From the NCBI GenBank assembly GCA_964016885.1, contig OZ024742.1, positions 148,242,001 to 148,306,000 on the forward strand: a DNA stretch of 64,000 bases, written 5' to 3'. This document shows positions 57,701-64,000 of the stretch, one piece after another (within the stretch, counting starts at the first letter, position 1; each line of letters begins with the position of its first letter). The DNA comes from Eledone cirrhosa (taxonomy: Eukaryota). Position numbers and translations under genes: made by a program. The notes beneath the pieces were generated by a model. It saw only the letters and a list, made by a program, of their open reading frames with translations, was not told the origin of the DNA and ran no database searches.

Positions 57701-60700
57701 CGCAATCTTTACTACTACAACCATTACCACAACCATAACAACCATTACCACCACCGCAATCCTCACTACTACAAACATTACCACCACCGCAATCATTACT
57801 ACTACAACCATTACCACCACCATAACAACCATTACCACCTCCGCAACCATTACTACTACAACCATTACCACCACCATAACAACCATTACCACCTCCGCAA
57901 TCAATACTACTACAATCATTACCACCACCATAACAAACATTACCACCTCCGCAACCATTACTACTACAACCATTACCACCACCATAACAACCATTACCAC
58001 CTCCGCAATCAATACTACTACAATCATTACCACTACCATAACAACCATTATCACCGCCGCAATCATTACTATTACAACGATTACCACCACCATAACAACC
58101 ATTGCCACCTCCGCAATCTTTACTACTACAACCATTACCATCACCATAACAACCATTACCACCTCTGCAATCATTACTACTACAACCATTACCACCACCA
58201 TAACAACCATTACCACCACCATAACAACCCTTACCACCTCTGCAATCATTACTACTACAACCATTACCACTACCATAACAACCATTACCACCTCCGCAAT
58301 CATTACTACTACAACCATTACCACTACGATAACAACCATTACCACCTCCGCAATCATTACTACTTCAAGCATTACCACCTCCGCAATCATTACTACTACA
58401 ACCATTACCACCACCATAACAACCATTACCACCTCCGCAATCATCACTACTACAAACATTACCACCTCCGCAATCATTACTACTACAACCATTACCACCA
58501 CCATAACAACCATTACCACCTCCGCAACCATTACTACTACAACCATTACCACCACCATAACAACCAATACCACCTCCGCAATCATTACTACTACAACCAT
58601 TACCACCACATAACAACCAATACCACCTCCGCAATCATTATTACAACAACCATTACCACCACCATAACAAACATTACCACCTCCGCAATCATTACTACTT
58701 CAACCATTACCACCACCATAACAACCAATACCACCTCCGCAATCATTATTACAACAACCATTACCACCACCATAACAACCATTACCACCTCCGCAACCAT
58801 TACTACTACAACCATTACCACCACCATAACAACCAATACCACCTCCGCAATCATTACTACTACAACCATTACCACCACATAACAACCAATACCACCTCCG
58901 CAATCATTATTACAACAACCATTACCACCACCATAACAACCATTACCACCTCCGCAACCATTACTACTACAACCATTACCACCACCATAACAACCATTAC
59001 CACCTCTGCAATCATTACTACTACAACCATTACCACCACCATAACAACCATTACCACCTCCGCAACCATTACTACTACAACCATTACCACCATCATAACA
59101 AACATTACCACCTCCACAACCATTACTACTACAACCATTACCACCACCATAACAACCATTACCACATCCGCAATCATTACTACTACAACCATTACCACCA
59201 CCATAACAACCATTACCACCACCGCAATCTTTACTACTACAACCATTACCACCACTATTACCACCACCACAACAGCCATTACCACCTCCGCAATCATTAC
59301 TACTACAACCATTAGCACCATCATAACAACCATTACCACCTCCGCAATCATTATTACAACAACCATTACCACCACAATAACAACCATTACCATCTCCGCA
59401 ATCATTACTACTTCAACCATTACCACCTCCGCAATCATTAATACTACAACCATTACCACCACCATAACAACCATTAACACCTCCGCAAACATTACTACTA
59501 CAAACATTACCACCTCCGCAACCATTACTACTACAACCATTACCACTACCATAACAACCATTACCACCTCCGCAATCATTACTACTACAACGATTACCAC
59601 CACCATAACAACCATTACCACCTCCGCAATCATTAATACTACAACCATTACCACCACCATAACCACCATTACCACCTCCGCAACCATTACTACTACAACC
59701 ATTACCACTACCATAACAACCATTACCACCTCCGCAATCATTACTACTACAACGATTACCACCACCTCCGCAATCATTACTACTACAACCATTACCACCA
59801 CCATAACAACCATTACCACCTCCGCAATCATTACTACTACAAACATTACCACCACCGCAATCATTACTATTACAACCATTACCACCACCATAACAACCAT
59901 TGCCACCTCCGCAAGCTTTACTACTACAACCATTACCACCACCATACCTACCATTACCACAACCACACAGCCATTACCACCTCCGCAATCATTACTACTA
60001 CAACCATTACCACCACAATAACAACCATTACCACCCCCATAACTACCATTACCACCACCATAACAACCATTACCACCTCTGCAATCATTACTACTAGAAC
60101 CATTACCACCACCATCACAACCATTACCACCTCTGCAATCATTACTACTAGAACCATTACCACCACCATAACAACCATTACCACCTCTGCAATCATTACT
60201 ACTACAACCATTACCACTACCATAACAACCATTACCACCTCCGCAATCATTACTACTTCAAGCATTACCACCTCCGCAATCATTACTACTACAACCATTA
60301 CCACCACCATAACAACCATTACCACCTCCGCAACCATTACTACTACAAACATTACCACCACCGCAATCATTACTACTACAACCATTACCACAACCATAAC
60401 AACCATTACCACCTCCGCAGTCATTACTACAACAACCATTACTACCATAATAACAACCATTACCTCCACCATAACAACCATTACCACCACCGCAATCATT
60501 ACTACTACAACCATTACCACCACCATAACAAACATTACCACCACCATAACAACCATTGCCACCTCCGCAATCTTTACTACTACAACCATTACCACCACCA
60601 TACCAACCATTACCACAACCACACAGCCATTACCACCTCCGCAATCATTGCTACTACAACCATTACCACCACAATAACAACCATTACCACCCCCATAACT

Positions 60701-63700
60701 ACCATAACAACCAATACCACCTCTGCAATCATTACTGCTAGAACCATTGCCACCACCATAACAACCATTACCACCTCTGCAATCATTACTACTAGAACCA
60801 TTACCACCACCATAACAACCATTACCACCTCTGCAATCATTACTACTACAACCATTACCACCACCATAACAACCATTACCACCTCCGCAATCATTACTAC
60901 TACAACCATTACCATCACCATAACAACCATTACCACCTCCGCAATCATTACTACTACAACCATTACCACCACCATAACAACCATTACCACTTCCGCAATC
61001 ATTACTACTACAACCATTACCATCACCATAACAACCATTACCACCTCCGCAATCATTATTACTACAACCATTACCACCACCATAACAACCATTACCACCT
61101 CCGCAATCATTACTACTACAACCATTAGCACCACGATAACAACCATTGCCACCACCATAACAACCATTACCACCTCCGCAATCATTACTACTACAACCAT
61201 TACCATCACCATAACAACCATTACCACCTCCGCAATCATTACTACTACAACCATTACCACCACCATAACAACCATTACCACCTCCGCAATCATTACTACT
61301 ACAACCATTACCATCACCATAACAACCATTACCACCTCCGCAATCATTACTACTACAACCATTACCACCACCATAACAACCATTACCACCTCCGCAATCA
61401 TTACTACTACAACCATTACCACCACCATAACAACCATTACCACCTCCGCAACCATTACTACTACAACGATTACCACCACCATAACAACCATTACCACCAC
61501 CGCAATCATTACTACTACAACCATTACCACCACCATAACAACCATTGCCACCTCCGCAATCATTACTACTACAACCATTACCACCACCATAACAACCATT
61601 ACCACCTCCGCAATCATTACTACTACAACCATTACCATCACCATAACAACCATTATCACCTCCGCATTCATTACTACTACAACCATTACCACCACCATAA
61701 CAGCCATTACCACCTCCGCATTCATTACTACTACAAACATTACCACCACCGCAATCTTTACTACTACAACCATTACCACAACCATAACAACCATTACCAC
61801 CACCGCAATCCTCACTACTACAAACATTACCACCACCGCAATCATTACTACTACAACCATTACCACCACCATAACAACCATTACCACCTCCGCAACCATT
61901 ACTACTACAACCATTACCACCACCATAACAACCATTACCACCTCCGCAATCAATACTACTACAATCATTACCACCACCATAACAAACATTACCACCTCCG
62001 CAACCATTACTACTACAACCATTACCACCACCATAACAACCATTACCACCTCCGCAATCAATACTACTACAATCATTACCACCACCATACCAACTATTAC
62101 CACCACCACAACAGCCTTTACCACCTCCGCAATCATTACTACTACATCCATTACCACAATCATAACAACCATTACCACCTCCGCAATAATTATTACAACA
62201 ACCATTACCAACACCATAACAACCATTACCATCTCCGCAATCATTACTACTTCAACCATTACCACCTCCGCAACCATTACTACTACAACCATTACCACCA
62301 CCATAACAACCATTAACACCTCCGCAATCATTACTACTACAAACATTACCACCACCGCAATCATTACTACTACAACCATTACCACCACCATAACAACCAT
62401 TACCACCTCCGCAATCATTACTACTACAACCATTACCACCACCATTAAAACCATTACCACCTCCTCAACCATTACCACTACCATAACAACCATTACCACC
62501 TCCTCAACCATTACTACTACAACCATTACCACTACCATAACAACCATTACCACCTCCGCAATCATTACTACTACAACCATTACCACCACCATAAAAACCA
62601 TTACCACCTCCTCAACCATTACTACTACAAACATTACCACTACCATAACAACCATTACCACCTCCGCAATCATTACTACTACAACGATTACCACCTCCGC
62701 AATCATTACTACTACAACCATTACCAGCACCATAAAAACCATTACCACCTCCTCAACCATTACTACTACAACCATTACCACTACCATAACAACCATTACC
62801 ACCTCCGCAATCATTACTACTACAACGATTACCACCTCCACAATCATTACTACTACAACCATTACCACCACCATAACCACCATTACCACCTCCTCAACCA
62901 TTACTACTACAACGATTACCACCACCATAACAACCATTACCACCTCCGCAATCATTACTACTACAACGATTACCACCACCATAACAACCATTACCACCTC
63001 CGCAATCATTACTACTACAACCATTACCACCACCGCAATCATTACTACTACAACCATTACCACTACCATAACAACCATTACCACCTCCGCAATCATTACT
63101 ACTACAACCATTACCACCACCATAACCACCATTACCACCTCCTCAACCATTACTACTACAACGATTACCACCACCATAACAACCATTACCACCTCCGCAA
63201 TCATTACTACTACAACGATTACCACCACCATAACAACCATTACCACCTCCGCAATCATTACTACTACAAACATTACCACCACCGCAATCATTACTACTAC
63301 AACCATTACCACCACCATAACAACCATTACCACCTCCGCAATAATTACTACTACAAACATTACCACCACCGCAATCATTAGTACTACAACCATTACCACC
63401 ACCATAACAACCATTACCACCTCCGCAACCATTACTACTACAAACATTACCACCACCGCAATCATTACTACTACAACCATTACCACCAACATAACAACCA
63501 TTACCACCTCCGCAGTCATTACTAATACAACGATTACCACCACCATAACAACAATTACCACCTCCGCAATCATTACTACTACAACCATTACTACCCCCAT
63601 AACAACCATTACCTCCACCATAACAACCATTACCACCACCGCAATCATTAGTACTACAACCATTACCACCACCATAACAACCATTACCACCTCCGCAACC

Positions 63701-64000
63701 ATTACTACTACAAACATTACCACCACCGCAATCATTACTACTACAACCATTACCACCACCATACCAACCATTACCACAACCACACAGCCATTACCACCTC
63801 CGCAATCATTACTACTACAACCATTACCACCAACATAACAACCATTACCACCTCTGCAATCATTAATACTAGAACCATTACCACCTCTGCAATCATTACT
63901 ACTACAACCATTACCACCACCATAACAACCATTACCACCTCCGCAATCATTACTACTACAATCATTACCACTACCATAACAACCATTACCACCTCCGCAA
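45771..64000. repeat. Composite 21/33-bp (54-bp dimer) minisatellite, >18 kb, with kb-scale higher-order duplications
   Basis: Alternating 21- and 33-mers with diagnostic variants recurring in blocks. Continues beyond the window. Confidence 0.97.

Noticed and set aside
50231-58609. 2792-aa Val/Met ORF
   Set aside because: By-product of repeat units that are multiples of 3, with implausible composition and a stop at 50231 within the same array.

Overview
Eukaryotic, repeat-saturated window with no convincing host protein-coding gene. It is probably cephalopod (octopus-like), inferred from the SINE families and the extreme (TA)n/(TACA)n content. 1-28 kb is a nest of retroelements in microsatellites: Naiad-like and Neptune-like Penelope-like elements (PLEs), RTE/RTE-X, R4/Dong-like and CR1-group LINEs, and SINEs. 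28-39 kb holds decayed DNA transposons and MITEs. 39-64 kb is a composite 21/33-bp minisatellite interrupted by a full-length CR1-type LINE. The most notable signal, invisible in the ORF track, is a cluster of about 11 type-I hammerhead ribozyme (HHR) motifs from several unrelated families. Six carry a compensatory U3-A8 core (UUGANAA) instead of C3-G8. Two short non-coding elements (24.5-25.5 kb and 26.5-27.2 kb) have retrozyme-like architecture: HHR-containing direct repeats with 593-nt and 317-nt periods plus an inverted 5' arm. Perfect fold-back hairpins and kb-scale palindromes recur beside these motifs. All structures were read by eye; none was folded or searched computationally.
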